DNA of 64,000 nucleotides, from NCBI RefSeq assembly GCF_009914755.1, contig NC_060928.1, one strand, 5' to 3'. The DNA is from the human T2T-CHM13v2.0 reference genome, Homo sapiens. Numbering within the stretch: position 1 is the first letter of the stretch; each line of letters opens with the position of its first letter. The translations under genes and the position numbers were made by a program. The notes below the pieces were generated by a model. That model ran no database searches, was not told the DNA's origin, and worked only from the letters and a program-made list of their open reading frames with translations. Positions 30,720-46,078 of the stretch are shown here, in pieces.

Positions 30720-31984
30720 GGCAGCAAGGGTGGTACCACTGTATGTAATGGCAGAGGGGCTGTGGGTTGTCGCTGGGAATTCTATCCCAGAGAAATGCAC
30801 AGATGCCACTGTCTGAAATGTTCAAGTGGGAGCAGGGTAGCTGTGCTGGGGCCCAGGTCGGGAGACCCTGCCCAGTGAGAAGTAGCAGGAGCAAAGACAG
30901 GCATGGAAAAAAGTCTGACACCTCCATAAGGCAGCTGTGCTGAGCTGAAGACCTGCTATAATCCTTAAGCCTCTTTGCTCTCTCTTGATCTGAGGGCAGT
31001 ATGGGCAGGGGTATAGCAGGCAAAAACGGCAGGCCTGTCTTATACCTATGAGAGCTCTGTCCCAGGGAAATGCAATGCTGCTTCTGGCCCAAGTTGTCAG
31101 GCTGAGGTAGGTGGCTGTGCTGGAGGCTCAGGCCAGGAGGCCCTGACCAGTGAGGAGTAGAAGGGGCCATGACCAACATTAAAAACTATATGACTGCTTT
31201 TCCAGAAGGCAGCTTGCCCTGTGCTGGAGGCCCACAATAGTCATAACGATCTTCACTCCCTCCTGACCCTGAAGGCAGTTGGGTAGTGGCTGGAGCTGCA
31301 ATAGCAGCAAAAACAGCAGATATGTCTATTGCCTCTGGGAGCTTCATCCCAGAGAAATGCAGAGCTGCTGCCAGTCAAAGAGGTCAAGTGGGTGTTTCAT
31401 GGCTGTTCTGGAGTTCCAGGTCAGTGTGCTTTGCCCAGAGAGGTTTACCAGAGGCAAGGCATGAGTCCCTCTGCTCCTCAGAACCATGAATGTAGCCACT
31501 AACCTTTGGCATGCAGAGAACTTGGCCTTCCTTGTTGGTGAAGCTATGGCAACTAGCACTGGGGTGCTTAGGGGTCTAAGACCTCCGGGACTTCTCATGT
31601 GCCTGATCTGGAGCTCTGCCCAGATTCTATGCAGCTCTCCTTGTTAGTCTGAAGGCCCCAGGGGGAGGGACTCAGGGTGGATCACCTGTGCCTATGATTA
31701 CAAAGGTCCATGACAGAAGTATGGGGCCATGGGGCTCTCTCTCAGTCACTATTTCTTTGTGGTAAGGATCCTCCCCTGACTCCACTCAATCCTGGGTGGG
31801 TGGCTGTTGTGTCTTGCTGTTTTTGTTCTCCATGGCTTCTGTTGCTTCCTTGCTGAATCCCAACATGTCCTCTTGGAAGATCCAGTTGAAGTGCTAGTGT
31901 TTACTGGCCAGTCTATTTCCTTTTCACGAGAGTGGAGCATACTAGCTGCTTCTAGTAAGTCATCTTGGCACTTGATCACAAAAG

Positions 31985-32135
31985 ACATTTGTTTTTCACA
32001 GTTCTGCAGGCTGGCAAGTCCAAGTTAAAGGTGCCAGCAGATTCAATTCTTGGTAAGGGTTCTTCCTGGCTTGCAGACAGCTGCCTTCTCATTGTATTTT
32101 CACTAGGAAGAAAACAGAAGGTCTAGTGTCTCTTA
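31985..32135 (-). mobile_element. MLT1/MST-type LTR fragment
   Basis: TCACAGTTCTGCAGGCTGGCAAGTCCAAG..AAGGTGCCAGCAGATTC..CTTCCTGGCTTGCAGACAGCTGCCTTCTC. Confidence 0.65.
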
Positions 32136-32259
32136 ATTGGATAAATTTTTAAAACCAAAATTATTGAAGGTGATTCTAATACACCTTTCTCAGTAACTGA
32201 TATAAATATACTGGATGCATTATTAAGATTATTAGTGTATTTAAAAATATACAATTTCT

Positions 32260-32624
<365 letters not shown>

Positions 32625-33195
32625 CTATATAATTTTGTATAATTATTTTATGATTGCTTATTATTCATTTTAGTAGCCACTTTAAGTGAAAATAAATAAT
32701 GTTTGTATAAAAATAAACATTAATTTAATAAACTAACAGAATAGCATATAAATTTCCACTAACATCCTATCAAAATTTATATAATTATAGTATTTTATTA
32801 GTTATTTTAGTGCTATACAATCAAGTTAAGAAAAATGGCCAAAAGTCTAAAAAAATTTAAAAAAAATAAAATAGGAACAGAAAAAGGAAGAAAATTTATT
32901 TTTTAAGTTAAAAAATAGTTTTTTTAAATGTAGAAAAATACATGTTTTTTAGAGAAAACATACCTTTAATCACAAGAAAAAAGTGCCTTTAAAAATAAAA
33001 ATATTATATAACATAATAATATAAAAGTTTCTTTTTGAATTTTGAAGTTGTTATAGTTTTAAAATTGTTATGTATTTGGCATTTCCTTTATTTTGCTTTA
33101 TGTTAACATTCAAATTTCATCTTTGAATTTTAATTATCCTTAAAAATTTCTAGCTGCCTGTTAGTTGAATTCTAGACAAAATTTATCTTTACAAC

Positions 33196-33341
33196 TTTTT
33201 TTTTATTATACTTTAAGTTCTAGGGCACATGTGCACAACGTGCAGGTTTGTTACATAGGTATACATGTGTCATGTTGGTTTGCTGCACCCATTAACTCGT
33301 CATTTACATTAGGTATTTCTTTTAATGCTATCCCTCCCCCA
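33196..33341 (-). mobile_element. L1PA (PA5/6-like) extreme 3' end
   Basis: TTATTATACTTTAAGTTCTAGGGCACATGTGCACAACGTGCAGGTTTGTTAC..GCTATCCCTCCCCCA. Confidence 0.88.
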
Positions 33342-35037
33342 TCTTTTTATCTGCTATACAAATATATTTTTATGCAATATCAGTGTCATTAATATAGTTA
33401 ATGATATAGTTAACATAGTTAATTACAAAACATAGTAATTTTATTGTTAAATATTATAATTTTAAATTATTATTGATGGTTTTTACAATATGTATCATAT
33501 TAGTAATACACCTTAACACACCAAAAGTATGTCAGCCCATAATGATGTTATTTTACTGGTTTATTTTAGTTTCATGTTTGAAATTTTTATATTCCACTAA
33601 TAGAAAAAAAACAACAAGACAGAGAAATACAAATATAGCAAATATTGTCCAAGCAATAATCCCCGACTGAACAATGCCAAGATATACATTGTCTGATTTC
33701 TTCTTTCATTTAGATATTTGCATGAATTTTAAAGCTTTTGTATATTTTTTATTTTATTAAAAATAATTTTCTGTCCTGCTTAACATGTTACTTATTTAAA
33801 AACATAAAATATTTAATCTACTTCATATCATCCAAATATACGAATTAGCTCATTTTCTCTTCTCTATATATGATCTTGTGTCTTTATTCAGACAAAATAG
33901 TTCTGTCATTTAAATGCTTCCTTATCTTTAGCATAGTGTGATTTTTCTTTTTAAAATTATTATAGTTCAATAATATATCAAGCTAATGGGAGAAAAGCAA
34001 AGGTAAATTAAACTATGTTTCAGTAAAATGTAAAAAAAAAATCTGATTTTAAGTAATTACTAACTATGTACAGTCACGAACTCATGAACCAACAGTATAG
34101 AAGAAATAATTGGTGCGATTTGGGCAAACTAGAAAAAGCCAAGAAAAATGAAAAGATCTTTTTATATGATCATTCTTAATTAGAGCCACTGACAGTGAAT
34201 GTAAGAATGTTTAATGAATGTGATCTATAAAGCTTTGCTAGATTCTGACTGACTCAGAGGTTATATATTACTTCTCACACTTCTTTATTAAAATTATTTT
34301 GTTTTTAACTTAAGCATCATTTTTATAACTAAGGTGACAGTTATACATGAACAAGTATAATAGTTTGTCTAAAATATTTTGTACCAAAACAGGAAGACTG
34401 AAGTGTGAATAATCTCAGTAAAAAAGTATAAAATATAATTTAGACATGCAGTCATTCATTGAAATGTACACATGAAGTAAATCAAGTGACCTCATTATTG
34501 AATAAATTGATTGAATAAATTGACTGAGAAATATATGAGGTTGAATTAATTTCTTCTTCCACAGAATTTTTTTTATTTATTTCATTTTTGTTCAATGTTT
34601 CTTGATATAAAATAGATTATTTTCTATTATTTTCAGATGTCTCAGAAATCTTTCCAGTTCTTTCCTATGGTCTTCAATACGTTTTTAAAAATTAATGCAA
34701 AAATGTGGACCATTTAAAAACTAGATTTTCTCAAAGATTCAGTGTTGAAGGTAGTGTCCCTGGAGATTATTTGTTAAAGAATGTTTAAAACTAACTAGCA
34801 CATGACTAGTCTTTGACATGATTTGTTTTGTAAGATCCTCGTCACCATGATATGTATTCAGGAAAAGGAGTATTCTCAGATTACAGATAAAGAAGCTAAG
34901 TCAGACATGTATTGAGTATGTAACTTGATGTGAACCATAAATAAAAATGTGCCAAATATATTAGTTAATTGTATAAATCTAAAGCATTCCATAATAGTAT
35001 ATTATCTCTGGCTGGTGAATCTAGCAAACACAACATA

Positions 35038-35252
35038 TAGTTATCTCTCCATATAGGTGGGGATCAATTCCAGGGGCACCTTCATGTACCAAAATCCACA
35101 TATACTCAAGTTTCCCAGTTGGCCCTGTGGAACCTGTTTATAGGAAAAGGCAACCCTACAGAAAACACCGCATTTCTTATTGAGTTTGGTTGAAAAAAAA
35201 TATGCATATAAGTGGACCTGCGTAGTCCACACATGTGTTCAAGGGTCAACTG
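35038..35252. mobile_element. MER8 (Tigger-type MITE)
   Basis: TACCAAAATCCACATATACTCAAG..GGCCCTGTGGAACC..TATAAGTGGACCTGCG..TTCAAGGGTCAACTG|TA. Confidence 0.8.
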
Positions 35253-35923
35253 TAGCTGAAAGCAAACCACATTTAGTTCATACATATATTTGAGAGAGAA
35301 TATTTGTAAAGTGTTTTATTTTTTAAAAAAAGCTAACTAAAGAACTAAAAGAACCAAAAGCAAACCAAAATATAAAAAATAAACATTTTTCTAGCTCTGC
35401 AATGTAAGACATTTACTTTAAATTATTCAAATGTACCTAAATAGGAATCTAATTTAATTTCAAGTTTATGCTATTTTTGAAGTAAGAAACATGCTGTGTC
35501 AATTATGAAACTAGAAATATATGATTGAAAAAGAGTCTACATAGTGAGAGAACTTGACCATAATCTTTGAAAGTAAAATCAAACGAAAGCTATGTAAAAA
35601 GTGTGATCATTCGGCTTTAATTTTCAAAATATGATAACAATAAAATAAGAGATATTGAATGTTGCTAAAATTTTTAAATATGTTATGATAACAGCATACA
35701 TGGAATATTATACATTTATTCAAATTATGTTTTAAAAATAATGACATAAACATACTTCTTATACATTATGATTGAAATGCTGAGGTTTTAATACATAATC
35801 AATAAAGCTAAGAAACCCTTAAAAATCAAGATGTACTCCTTAAATAAAATATTGAGTGAGTACTTATAAGGCAATAAGTTTTGTAAAATATGCTAAAAAT
35901 TTTTAAAAATTCTTTACATATTC

Positions 35924-38590
<2,667 letters not shown>

Positions 38591-41294
38591 TAAGGTACAC
38601 CAGTACATCACCATGATAGACCCAAACTTTATACCAGGCACTACTGAAAGAGTAAAATTAGCACAACAGTTAGCATAGACAACATGACAACTTTTGTATG
38701 GCCATAGTATAGTTTCAAATATTGTTCACATTCTCTGCAACAAAAGAAGTTAAGATACATTACAGAAAGGAGAATATGAAAGCAGTATTAGTAAAAGGGA
38801 ATATCCCAACAATAGGAAAGCACCCCATTTGGATATTTATAAAAATTCTAAAAATTATTTTGTGAAAATGTGAAATCCATATTTTAAAGGTCTTCAAAAC
38901 AGAGAAAAATAGACTAAAATTTTATTAATTAAAGTAAATGTTAACTCCAATAAATGAGGAGAATTAGAATGCATTAAGGTGTTTTAAAATTATAAAACTT
39001 ACTAAAGTAATTTGGAAAAAAATGTGTATTGATAATACTCATTTAAGAAAACATGGTCATGATTTAGTCAAATCTCATCTTTTGTCCCTTGTTTTTGTTT
39101 TCAAAAGTTGTAATAATAATTGACATTTACTCAATATTTTCATATATTGAGTAAAACCATATACCATATAAAAACCTGGTACAGTTTTACAAGCTTTACA
39201 GTTGTTATTTGAATTATGAATCACAGCAAGGGTATAATAAAACAAAAATTGCATCCTTTATATAAGTAGAGAAATTAAGCTTAAAATAAATAACAAGTGA
39301 GAGGCCATGGTGCCAACCTAGTTTGTCATTTTTCTTTTGAAAATCCTAAGTTATTTGTTGTCAAAATTATCAATATTTTATATTTTGTTGCTCTTGCAAA
39401 TAAAGCGTTTCTAATTAAAGATCTTAGGGCTTCACATATCCTTCAGATAGCTGGTAAAATGCTGCTTTTTGCTGGAAGCCTTCTCTGCCCTCTGTATATA
39501 ACAGCAACCTCTCTTCTCGTTTCTTGTCATCTCCAGTACACCTTCTAGCTGCTTTTCTAATTTTATTTTTCCCAAGCACAACTTAGCACTTTACTGGAAG
39601 TCATCTGTTTTCTGCTTCACAAAGCAAGGACTTGTCTCAGTTGTGCCCAGCTCTAGCCTCAGGGCCTAGAAAAGTACTCAGCGTGTAATGTGCACCAAAT
39701 ACATGTATATTGGATTAATATTTAAATGCGTATATACTTAGCTCTGAATAAATAGCATCAATATTTGTCTTTTAAATGTTAAAAATATAAAGTGTATAGC
39801 CTTCAAAAGTACACTGTACATAAACAATTTGAAGGTGATGAAGAGGACCCTGAAACAGGAATGGATTCCTAATTCCTAGCAGGGATTTAATGGCCATCTC
39901 GGAGCAGCCAGATGTTATAAGATAAGGATATAAGATCTGAAAGGCATGGCAGGTAGAAATAGGGCTAACATATATTTTACTTAAAATTTTTGAATTGGCT
40001 ATATTGAAAAAAGGTTAACACGTGTTACCACAGCAAACACTCTAAAAACTCTCTACTAAGAATTTTGGCTTAGACCAAGGCCAACATTGCTCTGGACATA
40101 AAATGGCCTTCTATACATGATGATGATCTTTTCAAAACTAAGTAAGTTAAGTACATTATTTAAAAGATTTTAGTCCTGTTTTACCTGTTATTTCACTACT
40201 AAAGGATTTTTCTACTCTGAGTTCACTTTATCATTCTTTTTTCAGAATTTTATCTGTGCTTATTTTAAATAAACATGAAAATCACTACCATTTAAGATAA
40301 ACGTCCTTTTATCTTTCAATTATTTTTCCAGAGCAGTGCTTTAAGTATTCATATAATTATGAGAGTTTCTAAAATTTTACATATTTTATAACAGTTCATT
40401 CTGTGTGAGTTTTCTTTTAATTTTTATAAGAAATATCTTGAGAGCAGTGATACATAATATATTATGCAAAACCTGAAAAAAATAGTGATTTCCAGCATCA
40501 AATGTCATTTATTCTTCTGAGAGCCTAGTGGCCTTTAAGTTAATTTCCTATTTTATGGATTTTTATAAATTACTTAGTATGTGGGTTCTGTGTACAGAAA
40601 ACACACCACGTAACTTTAAATTGTTCTCAAATCATTTTGTAAGTCATCAGATAAGTATCTACTTAAGTAATCTATATATTTGTAATAAATATTTGTGTAG
40701 AAATAATAGAATGAGCAAGTCCTTTTTCATAACTTTGAATAAAACACTATTTCTCCAGTTAACCTGGAGGGCAAATAAACCTTTTAAAAATATAACAGAA
40801 AAGTTCAATAAGAACACAAAGTGTGTATTAAGTAAATGTTACAAAGGATAAATGGAAGTGAAGTACCTGGATTATCCTTACTGAGAATTCAACACCTATA
40901 AGTGAATTATAAGTGCAATCACAACTATCACAAACTTTGCTCGATCTCATTTTGGAATTGTAACAGCCTCAAGGGCATAATAACTTTCAAAAGACAGTCA
41001 CTGAGTGCCAACTATATGCCAGCCCATATGCTAGGTATGGACTACTATGTTTTTTTCTTACTAATTAGAATCACTTAACTGCTTGAAAATGTGCATTGGT
41101 GGTAAACCTATTATCAGCCCTTACTCTATCTTTAAAAATTCAAGTTAAATTTTTGATTTAATGTAGAGTCATTGTATACACACACACACACGCCACACAC
41201 CAAAACATATAACTATTTTTCTTGAAATATCAAAATACCACAAAAGCATTATGATTTTGTTTTCCTAAAATGTTTTAGTGTAAATGACAGTTAG

Positions 41295-41643
<349 letters not shown>

Positions 41644-42384
41644 AACTTGAATTTTTTAATCTGTAAAATGACATGATAATATTAATATGCTGATGAAAGT
41701 TGGTTTGCTCTCAGATCGATTTCCTCAGCAGTTTGATTTTTTCACTGTAACAGAAATCTGCATTTCCCATGCTTCCTTGTCATCTAGTCTTTGGGTAGAT
41801 TCAGGCAAGGGAAGGCAAAAGCCAAAGATTGAAGGGCAGGAAAAGGCAAGGAGAAAGGCCACTTCTGTTTTTGTTTGTTTGTTTTCTCTGCTTCTAATGA
41901 CACCTACATCAGAGATCATATTTCTCCCTGGTCCCATTTCTCACCAGCAGTATTTCTACTGTGAAATGGCTCATTACTGGATCTCTGGAACTTTAGTTTC
42001 TCCCATTGACCTTACTATCATGAGGAAAGGATTAGTTCTCTGCTAGTGCTAATACTTTCATCACTATTCCTTGCTTTGTTTCTTAGTTATTTTCACCCTG
42101 ATGTTACCTGCTCCACATAATAAAATCAGATTGTTTGTTACGTCCTAGACTAGTTTCTGCCTTGCTGGCTATATCCTCAATGAAGAGTAAATATTTACCT
42201 CATGGGAGAAATAGACCTAATGGATTTAGGAGTTTAGCAGTTTACAGGGCACAAATTAAATCTCAATAAATATTTACTCTGAGTAAAAAAGTACAAAATA
42301 GAAGTACAATTCTTTTTTATTGTCATTGATTTCAGAGCAAAATGAATCAACAGTTGACAAATTAAGGATTAACTTAGGCAAGAT

Positions 42385-43135
42385 TATTCAACAAATATTT
42401 ATTATTCATTTGCTCTATGCCAGAAATGTGTCTTCATGCCAGGTTAAGAAAAAGAGAAAACAGAAAAAAAAATAGCTGTCCCTGACTAAAAGAGCTTATG
42501 TTCTTTCTTTTTGGGCGAGAAAGGTAGTGAAAAATTAAAAAAAGAAACGCAGTATTAACATGCGGATAAGTTGTAGGGTGAAATTTGAATGCAGATCCAG
42601 AGTGACTTCTGCCTCTCAAAAGAATTCTGCTGAGATGTCCAGAAGTAAGTAGAGTAGCAAGCAAATATCTACAGCGCATGTCTCTTTTAAAGACAGAAAA
42701 ACAAAGTGGTTTCTAAGGTGGGTGAATCTTGGCATTTCCAAGAAATATCAGGAGGCTCTTAAGGATAGAATGACCAAAACAATGAGGGCTGTGATAAAAT
42801 AAATTGGGGGAGGTATGGAGAAGGATCCCATATTGTTGCTTTCACAAGCAATGACAAGGTTTTGGGTTTTACTTTGAGAAGGGGAACAATTAGAAAGCTA
42901 TGAGCAAGACCGTGAAATTATTTGATTTATGTTTTATAATCATTCTGACTCCTGGCTGAAAAACAGCCTCTAGGAATGAAAGTAAGAGAAATAGGGTCAT
43001 CATTTATTAAGCTATTCCAATGATCCAGTGCTTTGGCAGTTGCCTGGACATGGCTAGTAAGAGGTAAAAGTAATCTGATACATCTTAAAGGCAGGTGTTC
43101 ATGGATTTGATACGGCAAATGAAAGAAAGAAGCCA
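42385..43135 (-). mobile_element. L2 LINE remnant
   Basis: TTATTCAACAAATATTTATT..CTATGCCAG 3' end; TTTATAATCATTCTGACT and related L2a-like motifs downstream. Confidence 0.6.
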
Positions 43136-45195
43136 CTATGCGTTATACTCCTTGAGCCAAAATTGAGGTGTAAAATAAACATGCCCACATAAATGGTTGA
43201 TTATGTTCTTAAATGAAGGAGAAAATAGTTGCAGTGATGTTAAGTCATCAACCATTTAAAATGTTGCTTTTGAAAGAGATGAATCAAGGAAGCGATGGAC
43301 ATGAATTTTCCTTACCTAAAAAGCTAGTGAAAATTAAGAGTGACATGAACAGGATTAAAACTTTATTTTATAGTGGTACTGAGATGAAACATCACACTAT
43401 CTGACTTCATAGCTTAAAAATATAATCACCCCACCAACTTCTCACTCTTTTCAAGGATTTTGTGAGTAACCAGCTTTAATTTGGAAAACCTAGACTTCTA
43501 CATACAGATTGTTATGTTTGTGAGTATGATTATTTCTATTATCATTTTGTTTTACATTGTGCTTTATCATTCAATAATTAATATCTACCATTTTCCATTA
43601 ACTAATTTATTTTATGACCATTTATTATTATTATTACCCTATGGTAGTCAATAATTACTGATACATATTCCATTGTTTTTGGGGATTTGATATAGAATCA
43701 GAGAAGTTTGTTGCCAACTCCTTTTTAGTTGAATATATATTGTTTTTGTCTTATATTTAGTTTTTGTGAAACTTCAGATTTTCCATCTTGCCCCACTATT
43801 TATTGTTAAAAATCATATCCAAATAAGACAAGGTTTAGGAACACACACAGTTAATGAACACATGTTAAATTATAATAACACAGAATACATTTTTGAAAGT
43901 AAGTTTATTAAAATTAGCAATATATTTCTAGTTATATGCATAAGGATATACCAACATGGATTTTGCCTGCCCAATATTAATTTTCTCTTAATTTCTTACA
44001 GAACTTCAATTTGGTCATGAGTCTAATCCCCAAATTATGTTTGCTGTCATGTACTCATGACAGCTCTTTTTCTTGATTTTTCTAGCCTTTATCCATTTGG
44101 AAATGTGAACCACCTTTTATAGGTGAGATACAATACAGCTGAACACTTCTCTAAAGGTTTCTGTAAAAAAGCATAAATGTACAAGTCTATCATCCTGATT
44201 CTATTTAGTTTGCCTTGAATATGAATGTGTTAAATGAAGTAAGATCTCACATCTTGCAACATGAAGTGGCAGAAGGGTCAACATAGAACAAACGTCAGAA
44301 GAAATTAACCAATAGAAAATTCCTCATTTGCTAAATTTTGTTAAAAGAAAAAATAGATTTTAATATTAATCTGTTCTACACAGGCAAATGTTAACTGCAA
44401 TGAAAATGTCTTTTAGATAATTCAGAACACTTTCCATCCTTGGTAAAAGTATTCGTTTTACTGACTCACTATTATATATTTTGTTAAGTCAGAAACTCAT
44501 ATTCAATCAAAGGAAATAAAAGTTCCCCCTAATTTCTAGGAATATAAAAAAATAGGTACACATAGCTTAGATAATATTTTCTATATTTGTTCAAGTAAAT
44601 CAGTTTAGTAATTGTTTGACATACTTCCAATTGATGAGTCCAATTTTAGAAGGAATTTTAGTTGGAAATGTTATTCTCTTTATGAAGATGTAAATGGCTG
44701 TGTTTACTGGCCAATATTTACATACACATACAGTCAATGAATGTTAATTTGCACACAGTGGCATATATAATTCAAAGTTCATTTTATTAGTTAATTTAGA
44801 TATGGTTCAATAAGAGTTTCAAACTGAGGGCATAGAGTCATATAACATTCTCTAGAAGAACAACTTCTCACAAAAACTAAAATAAATTGCTTTACCATGT
44901 TTGCCTTTGTATTTCACTTTTTCCATTCTGAAGAATGAGCATGGTAAAATTTACATATATCTAATGCATATAATGGGCAATGTATGAATTATTTTACAAA
45001 TTACTCATAACCAGAAGAGTTCTGTTGGATTTTACCATATGGCCAGATTCATCTTGCCTTTCAAACTTATGTAAGTAATTTTTCCGAATCTCTTTTTTTC
45101 CCATAACATACATGCTGCTGAGTCCACTCCTCCAAACCAAGTAAAGACAGGAATGCTCATGGCCAAATCATAAGTATAGAAAGTGACTTTTGAAC

Positions 45196-45628
45196 TGACG
45201 AAGACTTTCTTCTTGTCTACGCTTTAGTCAGGCTTCTAGGAGCACTCTTTCTGACTCTACTTTGTCCTTGGGCACTGTCTTTACACTGCCTAGTCCACTA
45301 GTCCAGCTGTTACAAGAATGCTGCTAAGTCAGTTTAGAGAGAATCTCCCACTCTTGATATCTGATCACTCTGGCTTGCCTTCAGCAAGAATCCTCTTAAG
45401 TTAGCTAACAAGAAATGCCCTACCCTTGATGTCTCCTCTTAGTAATTTGTATTCATCGACAACCCTTCACTTTGCTCATTAGCTACACTTCCCAGATATC
45501 TTTGCTGTGTTCAGAGTTGAACCTTATCTCTCTTCCCTGTTAGAATAATCTTGACTCCTATCATTTTAATCTTAAATAAAGTGATCCTTAGCCATTTTAA
45601 CAAGTGTTGGAAATTTTTTTATTTAGCA
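45196..45628 (+). mobile_element. MER31-like solo LTR (ERV1)
   Basis: TGACGAAGACT..CTTTAGTCAGGCT start, AATAAA near the end, ..TTTAGCA terminus, perfect 4-bp TSD GAAC. Confidence 0.82.
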
Positions 45629-45771
45629 GAACTAACAAATCGTTTGCAAACTATTGAAATAGAACTATTCTATTATGGCCTGCAGATATTTTTCTCAATT
45701 ATAATTCACTTTCATATTGTAAAAGTATCTTTGCTTTGTGTATATCTTTTTCATATAAAAACTTTTAATTT

Positions 45772-46078
45772 GGCAGGGAACAGTGGCTCATGCCTGTAAT
45801 CCCAGAACTTTGGGAGGCCCAGACGAGCGGATCACCTAGGTCAGGAGTTGAGGCCAGCCTGGTCAACATGGCAAAACCTCATCTCTACTAAAAGTACAAA
45901 AATTATCCGGGCGTGGTTGTGGGCACCTGTATTCTCAGGTACTTGGGAGACTGAGGCAGCAGAATCGCTTGAACCCAGGAAGCAGAGGTTGCAGTGAGCC
46001 GAGATCAGGCTGCTGCACTCTAGCCTGTGTGATAGAGTGAGTGAGACTGTGTCTCAAAAAACAAAAAACAAAACAAAA
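45772..46078 (+). mobile_element. Alu (AluSx/Sz-like)
   Basis: Full dimer; TSD AAAAACTTTTAATTT / AAAAACTTTCAATTT. Confidence 0.93.

Larger units (their letters stand above)
24100..31968 (-). mobile_element. Old primate L1 (L1PB/L1PA16-like): 5'UTR, ORF1 and ORF2 endonuclease region; 3' half missing
   Basis: ORF 25338-25718 is the APE endonuclease (CCLQETHL..KVKGW..GHYIMMKDSI..LNIYAPN); ORF 24201-24428 reads [19 protein letters not shown]; 5' end CTAGTAAGTCATCTTGGC at ~31951-31968. Confidence 0.85.

Noticed and set aside
39126-39155. 12-bp perfect stem TTTACTCAATAT / ATATTGAGTAAA
   Set aside because: Short, AT-rich and without context; no support for a miRNA, MITE or terminator.
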